Positions 1 to 8,977 of a DNA stretch of 27,379 nt are shown piece after piece (the stretch's first letter is position 1; the number at the start of each line of letters is the position of its first letter). The stretch lies in the NCBI GenBank assembly GCA_965205655.1, contig CBDBIJ010000040.1, positions 1 through 27,379 of the forward strand, given 5' to 3'. Made by a program: the position numbers and the translations under genes. Under the pieces are notes generated by a model. The model worked only from the letters and a program-made list of their open reading frames with translations. It had not been told where the DNA came from and searched no databases. This DNA is from Candidatus Latescibacterota bacterium (GTDB lineage: Bacteria > Latescibacterota > UBA2968 > UBA8231).

Positions 1-807
1 CCCGGTATACTCGTACCGTTGAATGTGTTCGTGAACGAGCACCGGTTGTACCTGTCATCTGTCGCCTTCGCAATCTGCGTCGGATTCGCACTGTTTCTCG
101 TAGTCAGGGAAAGCGGCAAGGTTGGCGCGGTCTGCGTGTTCCTGCTGCTGATCACCTTGGGCGCTCTTTCCCAACAACGATCGGGAGTGTGGGAGAATGA
201 GGAGCGTCTGTGGGCGGATGCCTTGTCAAAGGGACCGATGATGCCGCGGCCTCACATCTACATGGGCGATTTTTACGCCAGGTCGAAGGATGCCGAGCGA
301 GCTTTGGAGGAGTACCGGATCGCCCTGAGCATCTATCCGGCAGCACTGACTCCACTGGACAGGGTTGTCGCTTACAACAACATGGGGGCCGCTCATCTGT
401 CGATGGGGAATTTCGCCGAGGCCATTGAATTGTATGGGAGAGCTCTGCAGATCGATTCTACCTATGCCAAATCCAGGGAGGCGCTCGAGGGACTCCTCGC
501 GATACAGGCGAAAGCGCGAAATCCGGATGCTGTGCGCCTGCGCAAACGAGGATTGGCGTTGATGCTCGCCGGGGATCTGCGCAATGCCGTGGTCGCTTTT
601 TCTGAGTCACTTGAACTGGAAGTGGCCGAAGAGACCTTGATGTCACTCGCACTGGCCTACGAGCGAATGGAGGAGTGGAGCAAAGCTGTCAGTACGCTTC
701 GGGTGCTCAGAATCGCCAGTAAGAATCCGGACATGGAGGAAACGGCGGCGTCAAAGATTCGCCGGATCGACGCCCTTTTGCGCTCCAGGTCGAGTAGGCG
801 GGGTTAG
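1..807 (+). CDS. TMTC-like membrane glycosyltransferase + TPR protein, copy 1 (5'-truncated by window edge)
   Basis: Frame is open from base 1 (PGILVPLNVFVNEHRLYL). Contains the last TM helices, QRSGVW...LWADALSKGP and TPRs (AYNNMGAAHLSMGNFAEAIELYGRALQID). The same motifs recur in the eight downstream paralogues. Confidence 0.85.
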   Translation, partial: PGILVPLNVFVNEHRLYLSSVAFAICVGFALFLVVRESGKVGAVCVFLLLITLGALSQQRSGVWENEERLWADALSKGPMMPRPHIYMGDFYARSKDAERALEEYRIALSIYPAALTPLDRVVAYNNMGAAHLSMGNFAEAIELYGRALQIDSTYAKSREALEGLLAIQAKARNPDAVRLRKRGLALMLAGDLRNAVVAFSESLELEVAEETLMSLALAYERMEEWSKAVSTLRVLRIASKNPDMEETAASKIRRIDALLRSRSSRRG

Positions 808-812
808 GGAGC

Positions 813-2213
813 ATGGGTCCATCGTCGGCGAGGGCAACAGCGCTCGTTTTCTGCATCGTCGGACTCTCGTTGTTCTGGAATGCTCGGAACAACCCTTTCC
901 AGTACGACGATCATCACTCAATCGAGTACAATCCCCACATCCGGTCACTGACGAACCTTCCCCAGTTCTTCGTGGACCCGCAGACATTCTCCAGCCGAGA
1001 GGGCGGCCGCATGTACCGGCCTTTTCTGTTGTCATCGTACGCGCTGAACTACTCGCTGCACGGTCAGGAGGTCAGATGGTACAGAATCGGCAATGTGCTG
1101 CTCCACATCGCATGCTCGCTGCTCGTGTGGTTTTTGACGCGCGCGCTGTTCGGGCGACAGGTCCTCTCCTGGCTAGCTGGCGGGTTGTTCCTCGTACACC
1201 CGGCCCACAGCGAGCTCATAAATTACATAAGCAGTCGATCCGATCTGATGGTCACCCTGTTTTGCACCGGTGGCGTGGCGTTGTTCCTTCGCCACCGAGT
1301 CGTCCGTGAACGATTCGTTCGCGAGCGCTACTCAATCGGATGGACCGTCAACGCGGCGTTCGCCGCCGGCCTTCTGACGAAGTCTGTGGCGATGGTTCTG
1401 CCCGTCCTTTTGTATGTATGGGAATCGTCGACCGTCGGCGGAGCGCGTCTTCAAGCGATTCTTCGACGTTATTGGACGATGGGGCCGATTGCGATTACCT
1501 ATCTCGGCGTTGTCTGGTTCAACGGCTTCATCGAGGGCTCGCTCGCCAAGTCTCCGCGGGGGTTCGACCTTCAGCTGTGGACACAGCTAAAGGCCCTGGT
1601 GTACTACCTGTTGGTCTTCGTCACGCCAGTCAACCTGAATGTCGAACACCAGTTCTCGGTGTCCGCAAGTCCTTGGATGACTCCGCTGCTGGCGGCAGCC
1701 TTCATCGTCTCGCTCGCGATCGTGGCCCTCAAATGCCGGGCGCCGGCAGCAGCGCTGTGCGGAGCGTGGTTCATAGTCGGTCTGCTGCCGGCTTCAGTGG
1801 TGCCACTCAATATCCTGGTCAGCGAGCGCCGCGCTTACCTAGCCAGTGCGGGGTTGATGATGGCAGGCGCCTGGTGCTGGGAGATGTTCGCGAGACGCCG
1901 GCCGCGTTCAGCCAGGTCCAGTGCGGCAGTGCTCTGCCTTGTTATGGCGCTACTTACACTCGAGCGCAACGAAGTGTGGGCCACCGAAAAGAGCCTGTGG
2001 GCAGACGCCGTCAGCAAGGCGCCGCGCATGCACCGGCCGCGGGTGAATCTTGGGCTGGCCCACAAGCGCGGGGGCGAACTGGAAGCCGCACTCAAACAAG
2101 TGCAGGCCGGACTGACGCTGCGGCGTGATGACGCAACAGTATGGGTCGTTCTGGGGGACATCGAACAGGAGATGGGGAGAGCCGATCAGGAGCTAGGGTC
2201 AAATGGTGTGTAA
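813..2213 (+). CDS. TMTC-like GT-C + TPR protein, copy 2, N-terminal part (interrupted by IS256 after 2189)
   Basis: Motifs FQYDDHHSI, MYRPF, HPAHSELINYISSRSD, PLNILVSERRAYL, ERNEVW. Native sequence ends at 2189; the last 7 codons and the TAA come from the IS terminal repeat. Confidence 0.88.
   Translation: MGPSSARATALVFCIVGLSLFWNARNNPFQYDDHHSIEYNPHIRSLTNLPQFFVDPQTFSSREGGRMYRPFLLSSYALNYSLHGQEVRWYRIGNVLLHIACSLLVWFLTRALFGRQVLSWLAGGLFLVHPAHSELINYISSRSDLMVTLFCTGGVALFLRHRVVRERFVRERYSIGWTVNAAFAAGLLTKSVAMVLPVLLYVWESSTVGGARLQAILRRYWTMGPIAITYLGVVWFNGFIEGSLAKSPRGFDLQLWTQLKALVYYLLVFVTPVNLNVEHQFSVSASPWMTPLLAAAFIVSLAIVALKCRAPAAALCGAWFIVGLLPASVVPLNILVSERRAYLASAGLMMAGAWCWEMFARRRPRSARSSAAVLCLVMALLTLERNEVWATEKSLWADAVSKAPRMHRPRVNLGLAHKRGGELEAALKQVQAGLTLRRDDATVWVVLGDIEQEMGRADQELGSNGV
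2182..2189 (+). repeat. Target-site duplication CCGATCAG, left copy
   Basis: Identical 8-mer at 3566-3573 immediately outside the other IS end. Confidence 0.9.
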
Positions 2214-3565
2214 ACGACTCAGGCGGCGATCTTCTTCCTTTGCGCGATGGGTGATCCGTTTTCGTAGCACTCCCCGGCGTAGACGTCAGCCATGAGATGC
2301 GGTGCATTGAGTCGCCGGAATCGTTTCTCGGCCACCATCAGTACCCGCCAAATGAGGGCGGTGGCATTGGCCACCTTCCTGTATCGTTTGGCCGCATTGG
2401 TTCGCAACCGTACCGAAGCGAAGGGACTTTCGACGACGTTGGTGGTGCGCAGGTGTTGCCAGTGGGCCTCGGGAAAGTCGTAGAATGTCACCATACGGTC
2501 CCAATCGCGCTCAAGGATATCGACGGCGTCTGGACACTCGCGGCGAAACCGTTTGGCGAATTGATCGCGACGTTTCGTCGCTTCCTGACGGGTGGGCGCG
2601 TACGGGAGCTGTGTCAGCAGGTGCCGCCCTTCGACCTGCACGCGTTTTGGCAGCTTATCCAGCACGTTCAGGATGCGGTGATTCCAGCATCGCTGTTCAG
2701 CCGTCTCCGGCCAGACCTCTGCCAGGGCCGCCCAGATACCCAGGTGCCCATCCGCCACCAACAACTTCGCCACGCTCAGTCCGCGGTCACGCAGATCGCG
2801 CAGTACGCCCGCCCACGACTCTGTCGATTCGCGATAGCCCGGGACAATCGTCAGGACTTCTTTGCGCCCATCGCTCATCGCGCCGATGACCACCAGGAGA
2901 GCGGCTTTTTGTTTCTCAAGACCGGCTTTGACGTAGATCCCGTCCGCCCAGGCGTAGACGAGCTCGCGGTCATCCAGTCGTCGGCTGCGCCAGGCGTTGT
3001 ATTCGACGATCCACTTCTCACGCAAACGAGCGATCGAGGACGCCGACAAAGGCGCTCCCTTGCCCAGCAGGCCGCGCAGCGCCAGCTCGAAGTCGCCCTG
3101 AGACAAACCGTGCAGGTAAAGCTCTGGCAGCAGCTGACCTGTTTCTTGGGTGCGCCGGGCGAACAGCGGCAGTACCGCACTCTCAAATCGCTCTTCCAGA
3201 CCCCGCACCCGAGGGCGTTTCACCTCGATCGTGCCCGAGGTCAAGGACAGTCGCCGCCGCTTCCCGTACCCATTGCGGTAGCCGCCGGCTGCGTCCAACG
3301 GTGCCTGTCGCTCGTACCGTGACCGTCCCAGCGCATGGGTGACTTCTTCATCCAGAACCGACTGCATCAGCGACTGAATCTGCGAGCGTGTCCACTCTTC
3401 CAGCGTTTCGAACGTGGGCATGGACATTTCCGTCGTGCTCGGCTTAGGTTGTGCCATGGCGATTCTCCTCTTCCTGCCGGGATAGCCCCGGCGTTTGTGA
3501 TGGCTAATTACAAAGGAAGGGTAGGATCGCCGTCTGTCTATTTCCACACCTTCTGATTATAGCTC
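2190..3565 (-). mobile_element. IS256-family insertion sequence, complete, 1376 bp
   Basis: Imperfect 25-bp terminal inverted repeats: GAGCTAGGGTCAAATGGTGTGTAAA (2190-2214) vs reverse complement of 3541-3565, GAGCTATAATCAGAAGGTGTGGAAA (19/25 identical). Flanked by an 8-bp direct repeat CCGATCAG (2182-2189 and 3566-3573). One transposase ORF fills the element. Confidence 0.95.
2219..3457 (-). CDS. IS256-family (mutator-type) DDE transposase, ~412 aa
   Basis: Motifs GYRNGYGKR, WADGIY, LLVVIG...GRKEVL, SWAGVLRDLRDRGL, ADGHLG, QRCWNH, RTTNVVES. Start set at ATG 3457, preceded by GAGGAG on the minus strand; the ORF-track start at 3547 lies in the terminal repeat. Confidence 0.93.
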   Translation of the reverse strand: MAQPKPSTTEMSMPTFETLEEWTRSQIQSLMQSVLDEEVTHALGRSRYERQAPLDAAGGYRNGYGKRRRLSLTSGTIEVKRPRVRGLEERFESAVLPLFARRTQETGQLLPELYLHGLSQGDFELALRGLLGKGAPLSASSIARLREKWIVEYNAWRSRRLDDRELVYAWADGIYVKAGLEKQKAALLVVIGAMSDGRKEVLTIVPGYRESTESWAGVLRDLRDRGLSVAKLLVADGHLGIWAALAEVWPETAEQRCWNHRILNVLDKLPKRVQVEGRHLLTQLPYAPTRQEATKRRDQFAKRFRRECPDAVDILERDWDRMVTFYDFPEAHWQHLRTTNVVESPFASVRLRTNAAKRYRKVANATALIWRVLMVAEKRFRRLNAPHLMADVYAGECYENGSPIAQRKKIAA

Positions 3566-3573
3566 CCGATCAG
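3566..3573 (+). repeat. Target-site duplication CCGATCAG, right copy
   Basis: Identical to 2182-2189. Confidence 0.9.
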
Positions 3574-4014
3574 GCTGAAGATGCCTACAGAGAGGCTCTC
3601 AAATTCAACCCCAATCTCGCCGGCGTTTATCACAATCTCGGCAACATCGCTCTATCGCACGGCGAGGTGGACGAGGCGATTGGACACTACCGGACTGCCC
3701 TGCGGAGCAACCGGTTCTTTGCCGAGTCACACAATAACCTGGGGCAGGCATATGAGCTCCACGGCGATTGGATGCGCGCCTTGGGCGAGTACGAGACAGC
3801 GGTGCGAGATTCTATCTACTGGACGAACACGGGTGATCCGGTGGGAGGCGCATGGTTGAACCTCGCCCGCGCTGCCGAGCGTCTGAATAGACGCGAGCTG
3901 GCCCGAGAAGCTTTTGCCGAAGCCTATGCCTCCCTGCAATCCGAGCCTGACCACCAGCGACATGCCCGAACAGCGCTGGAGGGCGTCGTCCGGCTGGGCG
4001 GATCGATTGAATGA
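3574..4014 (+). pseudogene. C-terminal TPR fragment of TMTC-like copy 2
   Basis: Joining 2189 to 3574 gives an in-frame TPR: MGRADQ|AEDAYREALKFNPNLAGVYHNLGNIALSHGEVDEAIGHYRTAL. This restores a ~605-aa protein ending at TGA 4014. Confidence 0.92.
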
Positions 4015-5192
4015 AAGTCTGCCTGATTACATGTCACTATCCGCCGATGGCGAGAGCACTCAGGCGCTACGAGTACGCCCGCTGTCTTGCCGACGGCGGA
4101 TGCGATGTTGAAGTCGTCACTCATGGCAACATTTCGCATGCTTTGGGCGCCTACGAGGACGACCCGGAGCTCTCGGCCGAAGATCCAGATATCCGCGTGC
4201 ATCGTCCCAAGGCGATGCCGTGGCACCTGGCAGGGGATCTCATCTACCGCGCCGGCCTGTTACCCTGTCCCTATGCGAACTGGTATCGTCCGGCTGTGCG
4301 GGCCGCTCGCGACATCGTCGATTCAGCATCGGACGCTGTGGTCGGGATCTATCCGCCTCTGACGAATCTGCTCGCCGCGCACGCTGTCGCCGAGCGAACC
4401 GGAGCAAAGCTGGTCCTCGATTATCGCGATGAGTATCTGGGTCTCGCGACGGGGTTCAGGAAGCCGCTGGCGCGCAGGATTCACAAGAGACTCTTGAAAC
4501 GAGCAGATCTCGTTTCGGTGGCGACGCGAGCGATCGAACACGGCCTCGTCTCGCGTGACGGCTTCCCACCATCAAGAATTGCGCTGACCTCGAACGGCTA
4601 CTGGCACGAAGTCGAGGGGGCAACGGGCTATGCGCCTGCGAACAAGATGAGAATCGTTTACGCCGGCGCGATTTCCCAGATCCAGGGACTCGGCGTGTTG
4701 TGCGACGCATTGGGGATCTTGTGGAAAACGAGGCCGGAGACCGCGACCGATATCGAGTGCGCCATCTACGGCCCCGATAATTTCTACCTGAGACGCGTTC
4801 TGCAGCCGCGCCTTGGAAAAGGAGTCGAGTACGGGGGGTTTGTGCCGGCAAAAGAGGTTACCAACATGCTGCTGTCGGCCGATGTGTGTTTCCTATCGCT
4901 GGCTTCCGATGATTTTTCCTATGCGATTCCCAGCAAACTCTACGAATATATCGCCCACCTGCGTCCCATTCTGGGGGCGCTGCCGCAGGGGGCTGCCCGC
5001 GAGTTGATCGACGGGGAGGAATTCGGCCTGACTTCCGACTGCGGTCGAGAGGACGACCTGGCGCAACAAATTGTCGCCATGATGTCCGTCGACCGAAGAA
5101 TCGAGTTTCACCAAAATCTGATCAGAGGCAAGGCGAAATACGCGGGCAGACCGCACTTTCTCGCCCTTGCCAAGAGGATCCAGCAGCTGTGA
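4011..5192 (+). CDS. Glycosyltransferase, GT-B fold, family 4-like
   Basis: N-terminal KVCLITCHYPP...GCDVEVVT, LVLDYRDEY, RIVYAGAISQIQG and C-terminal YAIPSKLYEYIAHLRPILG are typical of GT4 enzymes. ATGA overlap with the upstream stop. Confidence 0.85.
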   Translation: MKVCLITCHYPPMARALRRYEYARCLADGGCDVEVVTHGNISHALGAYEDDPELSAEDPDIRVHRPKAMPWHLAGDLIYRAGLLPCPYANWYRPAVRAARDIVDSASDAVVGIYPPLTNLLAAHAVAERTGAKLVLDYRDEYLGLATGFRKPLARRIHKRLLKRADLVSVATRAIEHGLVSRDGFPPSRIALTSNGYWHEVEGATGYAPANKMRIVYAGAISQIQGLGVLCDALGILWKTRPETATDIECAIYGPDNFYLRRVLQPRLGKGVEYGGFVPAKEVTNMLLSADVCFLSLASDDFSYAIPSKLYEYIAHLRPILGALPQGAARELIDGEEFGLTSDCGREDDLAQQIVAMMSVDRRIEFHQNLIRGKAKYAGRPHFLALAKRIQQL

Positions 5193-7060
5193 GCGCGACC
5201 GACTTGCGGCCCCACCTCGGCCCACTGGCGCTGGTCGTGGTCATGGCGGTCGGAGCGTTTTGGAACTCTCTGGATAACGGATTTCATTTCGATGACGAGC
5301 ATTCGCTGACGGAGAATCCCCACATTCGCGACATCGGCAATGTGCCGCGTTTTTTCGCAGATCCGCAGATGTTTTCGCGAAACCCGGGAAGCGAGATGTA
5401 CCGCCCACTCGTGCTGACGAGCTACGCCTTCAATTATCAGCTGGGCAGGCTGCGGCCCAAAGGCTACCATGTAGCGAACCTGATCGCACACATCGCCGCT
5501 GCCGTGGGGCTATACGCGCTTCTGCAGGCGATGGGTAGTGGTGGGCTTTTCGCGACCGCCGGCGCGGTGATGCTCTCCGTACATCCCGTCGCCACAGAGC
5601 CGGTGAACTACATCAGCAGCAGGTCAGAGACGATGGCCGCCGTCTTGCTGCTGTTCAGTTTCGTCGCGTATGTGCGCGCTCGGGACGTTGGTGGGGTCGC
5701 TGTGGCAGTCTCGGCGATTTGTTTCCTCGCCGGTTTGCTGTGCAAACAAAGCGTCATCGTGCTCATCCCGCTACTGTTGCTCTACGAGCGGTTCTTGGTT
5801 CCGGAACGGAAGAGCGAATGGTGGCAATGGCAGTTGCCTCATTGGGCCATAGGTGCGCTGTACATACTACTCACGCGCGGGCTGATCTCCGAGGCTCTGA
5901 CCGAGCCTGTGAGACCCCTGCCTGTGCAGCTCGCGACCCAGGCCAAGGCAATGGTGTATTACGCAAAACTCCTGGTGATTCCGTATCCCCTCAATGTCGA
6001 GCATTCCTTTTCGGTCTCTGAGACGTGGCAGAGCATGACGTTGATAGCGAGTGTGGCTCTGGCGCTGTCTGGCGCCTATCTCATGTGGAGGGCCTACGCC
6101 CGCGGCATGAGGGTCCCGGCGTTCTGGCTGACGTGGATGACGCTGGCGCTCCTGCCGACGGCGATCGTCCCGCTCAACATGATCGTCAACGAGCGCCGCC
6201 TCTACCCCGTTTTGATAGGTTTCATCGGGTTGCTCTTGTGGATGGCGGCGCGCAGCGCCAGAGCCGGCCCCTTTTTTCTGGCCGCTTCTGTTGTGTTTGC
6301 GACGCTCACGGTACAGCGAAACCCCGTCTGGGCGACCGAGCTGACACTGTGGCGAGATGCCGCGTCCAAGGCCCCGGAAATGCCCCGCCCCCACCTGAGA
6401 CTCGGTGTTTGGCACCGCGGCAACGGCGAGCTGGATGCCGCGGAGGCGGCTTACAGGCGAACACTGGCGCTCGATCCGGGCAGTGCACCGGCGCTGAATA
6501 ATCTGGGCAACGTACTCAGTTTAAAAGGGGACCTCGCCGGTGCTGAGGAGGCGTATAACCGGTCCCTGCAGCTGTTGCCGAGCTACCCTGAGGCGCTCAT
6601 CAACTTAGCTGGACTGCTCAACAAGAGGGGGCAATTCGAGGCGGCGCTCCGCCTGTACCAGCAGGCGGAGCCCCTTGCCGCGAACAGACCGGAATTTCAC
6701 AACAACCGGGGGCTCTGCCACCTGGAGCTGGGGCAGTTTGCTGAGGCCGCGCGAGCCTTGCGAAGATCGATTTCTCTCGATCCGGACAACGCCTCGTCCC
6801 ATTATAACCTCGGGGGAGCGCTCGAGGGCCAACAGAGGCAGGGCGAGGCGGAGGCCGCCTACCGTCGCGCCTCGCGCCTGGACGCTGCTTTCGCGAAGCC
6901 GCACTTCAAACTCGCTCGGCTCTACGAACGGCAGGGCAGGGTGACGGCGAGTGTCGAAGCATACGAGATGTTTCTGAGTCTTTGGCACGGCGACGCGGAG
7001 GTCTCCGAGCGTCTCGGGAGTCGGGTGGACAGCCTCAGGCACAGGATGGCTGACCGTTGA
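5189..7060 (+). CDS. TMTC-like GT-C + TPR protein, copy 3 (623 aa)
   Basis: FHFDDEHSL, MYRPL, HPVATEPVNYISSRSE, PLNMIVNERRLYP, QRNPVW, then several TPRs. GTGA overlap start. Confidence 0.88.
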   Translation: MSATDLRPHLGPLALVVVMAVGAFWNSLDNGFHFDDEHSLTENPHIRDIGNVPRFFADPQMFSRNPGSEMYRPLVLTSYAFNYQLGRLRPKGYHVANLIAHIAAAVGLYALLQAMGSGGLFATAGAVMLSVHPVATEPVNYISSRSETMAAVLLLFSFVAYVRARDVGGVAVAVSAICFLAGLLCKQSVIVLIPLLLLYERFLVPERKSEWWQWQLPHWAIGALYILLTRGLISEALTEPVRPLPVQLATQAKAMVYYAKLLVIPYPLNVEHSFSVSETWQSMTLIASVALALSGAYLMWRAYARGMRVPAFWLTWMTLALLPTAIVPLNMIVNERRLYPVLIGFIGLLLWMAARSARAGPFFLAASVVFATLTVQRNPVWATELTLWRDAASKAPEMPRPHLRLGVWHRGNGELDAAEAAYRRTLALDPGSAPALNNLGNVLSLKGDLAGAEEAYNRSLQLLPSYPEALINLAGLLNKRGQFEAALRLYQQAEPLAANRPEFHNNRGLCHLELGQFAEAARALRRSISLDPDNASSHYNLGGALEGQQRQGEAEAAYRRASRLDAAFAKPHFKLARLYERQGRVTASVEAYEMFLSLWHGDAEVSERLGSRVDSLRHRMADR

Positions 7061-8940
7061 ATTGCAATCTTGCGATTCGCCTGGGGCTGCTCGTGCTCCT
7101 GCCGACCCTGGTGTATCTGAATTCGTTCGGAAACCCGTTTCACTACGATGACGTTCACTCGATAACGGAGAATCCGAACATACGCAGTCTCGCGAATATT
7201 CCAGCCTTCTTCTCCGATCCCACGCTGTTCTCAGAGAGTGCTGAGAACGCCATGTATCGACCGCTCCTGCTGACGACATACGCCGTCAACTATACGCTGG
7301 CCGGCTACCAGGTATGGGCGTATCACCTCGTGCAGGTGCTGCTCCACATCGCCAGCGCGCTACTCGTCTTCGCCATCGGCAGGCGGTTGCTGGGGGAGGA
7401 GAGGGCGGCCCTCGTCGCGGGCGTGATTTTCGCCCTCCACCCGATTGCGACGGAGCCAGTCAACTACATCAGCAGCCGCTCCGAGTTGCTCGCCGGCGTC
7501 TTCGTCCTGCTCGGGTTGTGGGGTTTCCTGAGATACCGGGCGGGTTCCGGGGGCCTCTTTGTGATTTTGGCAGCCTATTCGGGGGCACTGCTCAGCAAGT
7601 CCGTGGCCATCGCCTTTCCAGCGGTCCTTCTGTGTCACGACCTCATCTTCCGGCGTCAACGATTGCGGGGAGAGGGGAGGCTTTACGGCTTTCTTGCGGG
7701 TATTTCAGCCGTCTACATCGCGATGTCCGGCAGGCTTCTGACAACGGCAGCTCTCGATGCTCCAGTCCGTCCATACAGCGAGCAGTTGTGGAGCCAGCTG
7801 AAGGCTCTCGTGCTCTATCTCAAGCTGCTGTCCGTGCCCTACGGAATGAGCGTGGACCACCAGTTTCTCATCTCCGATTCCCTTTTCGATCCATTCGCGG
7901 CGACCGCTTTGATGCTGGCCGTTTCCATCCTCTTGCTTGCCGCCACCATTCACATCGGACCCCGGGGGTTGCCCCTGTTTCTCCTCGCCTGGGCAGCGCT
8001 CTCGCTGGCTCCGGCATCGATCGTTCCCTTGAACGTGCTCGTGAACGAGCACCGCCTCTACCTCCCCAGTGCCAGCTTCGCCCTCGGACTTGCCGCCATC
8101 CTGAAGCGCCAATTCTGTAGAGCGGCCTCGCAGTCTGTCCTGGTGTTGTCTATCGGTTTCGTCCTCGTACTCTCCATGTTGACGGCGCAGCGCAACTCGG
8201 TATGGCAGGACGTGTATCATCTGTGGGGTGACGCCGCGTCCAAAGCGCCATTGATGGCTCGCCCTCACATCTATCTCGCCGAGGCGTACGCCGACGATGG
8301 CTTGGCAGATCGTTCGATCGCCGAGTACGAAATCGTCTTAGCGCGAGACCCGGGGTTCATCGAAGGATACCTGCGGCTTGGCCAGCTCTACGATGAGGGA
8401 GGCATGGCCGCCGAGGCTGAGGAGACGCTCAGGAAGGCTCTGGAGAACGACGGTGGAGGGGATGCCAGAGTGTGGGGTGAGATGGGTGAATTGTACCGCC
8501 ACAACGCCCAGAGAGCTGCCGGCTTGTCGGAGGTAAGATTCTGGTTCGAGAAGAGCGCCGAAGCGTATGAAGAAGCCGTGCGTCTGTCGCCCGATAATCC
8601 GGCTTTTCTCAACAATCTGGGTAACACGTATCAGGAACTCGGAATGGCGGTCAGGGCAGTGTCAATCCACGAGCGGGCCAGCCAGTTCGATCCAGATGAT
8701 TCCCGGACATATCTCAATCTCGCCAATGCTCGCCGGCTATCAGGGGACAGCGCCGGCGCGAGGCGCGACTACCGCAAAGCGCTCGAGCTCGATCCGGAGT
8801 ATGCGGAGGCATGGCTGAGTCTCGGCGCCATGCTCGAGTCAGCCGGTCAACTCCCAGAGGCCATGGAGGCGTTCCGACGAGCAGCCACGATCGATTCGGT
8901 CTATGAAGCATTCGTACGGAATAGGCGCATCGAAAAGTGA
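7057..8940 (+). CDS. TMTC-like GT-C + TPR protein, copy 4 (627 aa)
   Basis: FHYDDVHSI, MYRPL, HPIATEPVNYISSRSE, PLNVLVNEHRLYLPS, QRNSVW, TPR tail. TTGA overlap start. Confidence 0.88.
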   Translation: MNCNLAIRLGLLVLLPTLVYLNSFGNPFHYDDVHSITENPNIRSLANIPAFFSDPTLFSESAENAMYRPLLLTTYAVNYTLAGYQVWAYHLVQVLLHIASALLVFAIGRRLLGEERAALVAGVIFALHPIATEPVNYISSRSELLAGVFVLLGLWGFLRYRAGSGGLFVILAAYSGALLSKSVAIAFPAVLLCHDLIFRRQRLRGEGRLYGFLAGISAVYIAMSGRLLTTAALDAPVRPYSEQLWSQLKALVLYLKLLSVPYGMSVDHQFLISDSLFDPFAATALMLAVSILLLAATIHIGPRGLPLFLLAWAALSLAPASIVPLNVLVNEHRLYLPSASFALGLAAILKRQFCRAASQSVLVLSIGFVLVLSMLTAQRNSVWQDVYHLWGDAASKAPLMARPHIYLAEAYADDGLADRSIAEYEIVLARDPGFIEGYLRLGQLYDEGGMAAEAEETLRKALENDGGGDARVWGEMGELYRHNAQRAAGLSEVRFWFEKSAEAYEEAVRLSPDNPAFLNNLGNTYQELGMAVRAVSIHERASQFDPDDSRTYLNLANARRLSGDSAGARRDYRKALELDPEYAEAWLSLGAMLESAGQLPEAMEAFRRAATIDSVYEAFVRNRRIEK

Positions 8941-8977
8941 CGCCTCGCCGATCGGACAGGAACCAGCCTTGATAGTG

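Noticed and set aside
1297..1331. Short duplication encoding VRERF-VRERY in copy 2
   Set aside because: Only two degenerate units in a loop; no evidence of function.
2170..2202. Hybrid promoter from the IS outward TTGACC and flanking DNA
   Set aside because: The hexamer 17 nt away on the minus strand is CTCCCC, not a -10 element.
2297..3322. 341-aa plus-strand ORF inside the IS
   Set aside because: Antisense shadow of the transposase in GC-rich DNA; no recognisable motifs.
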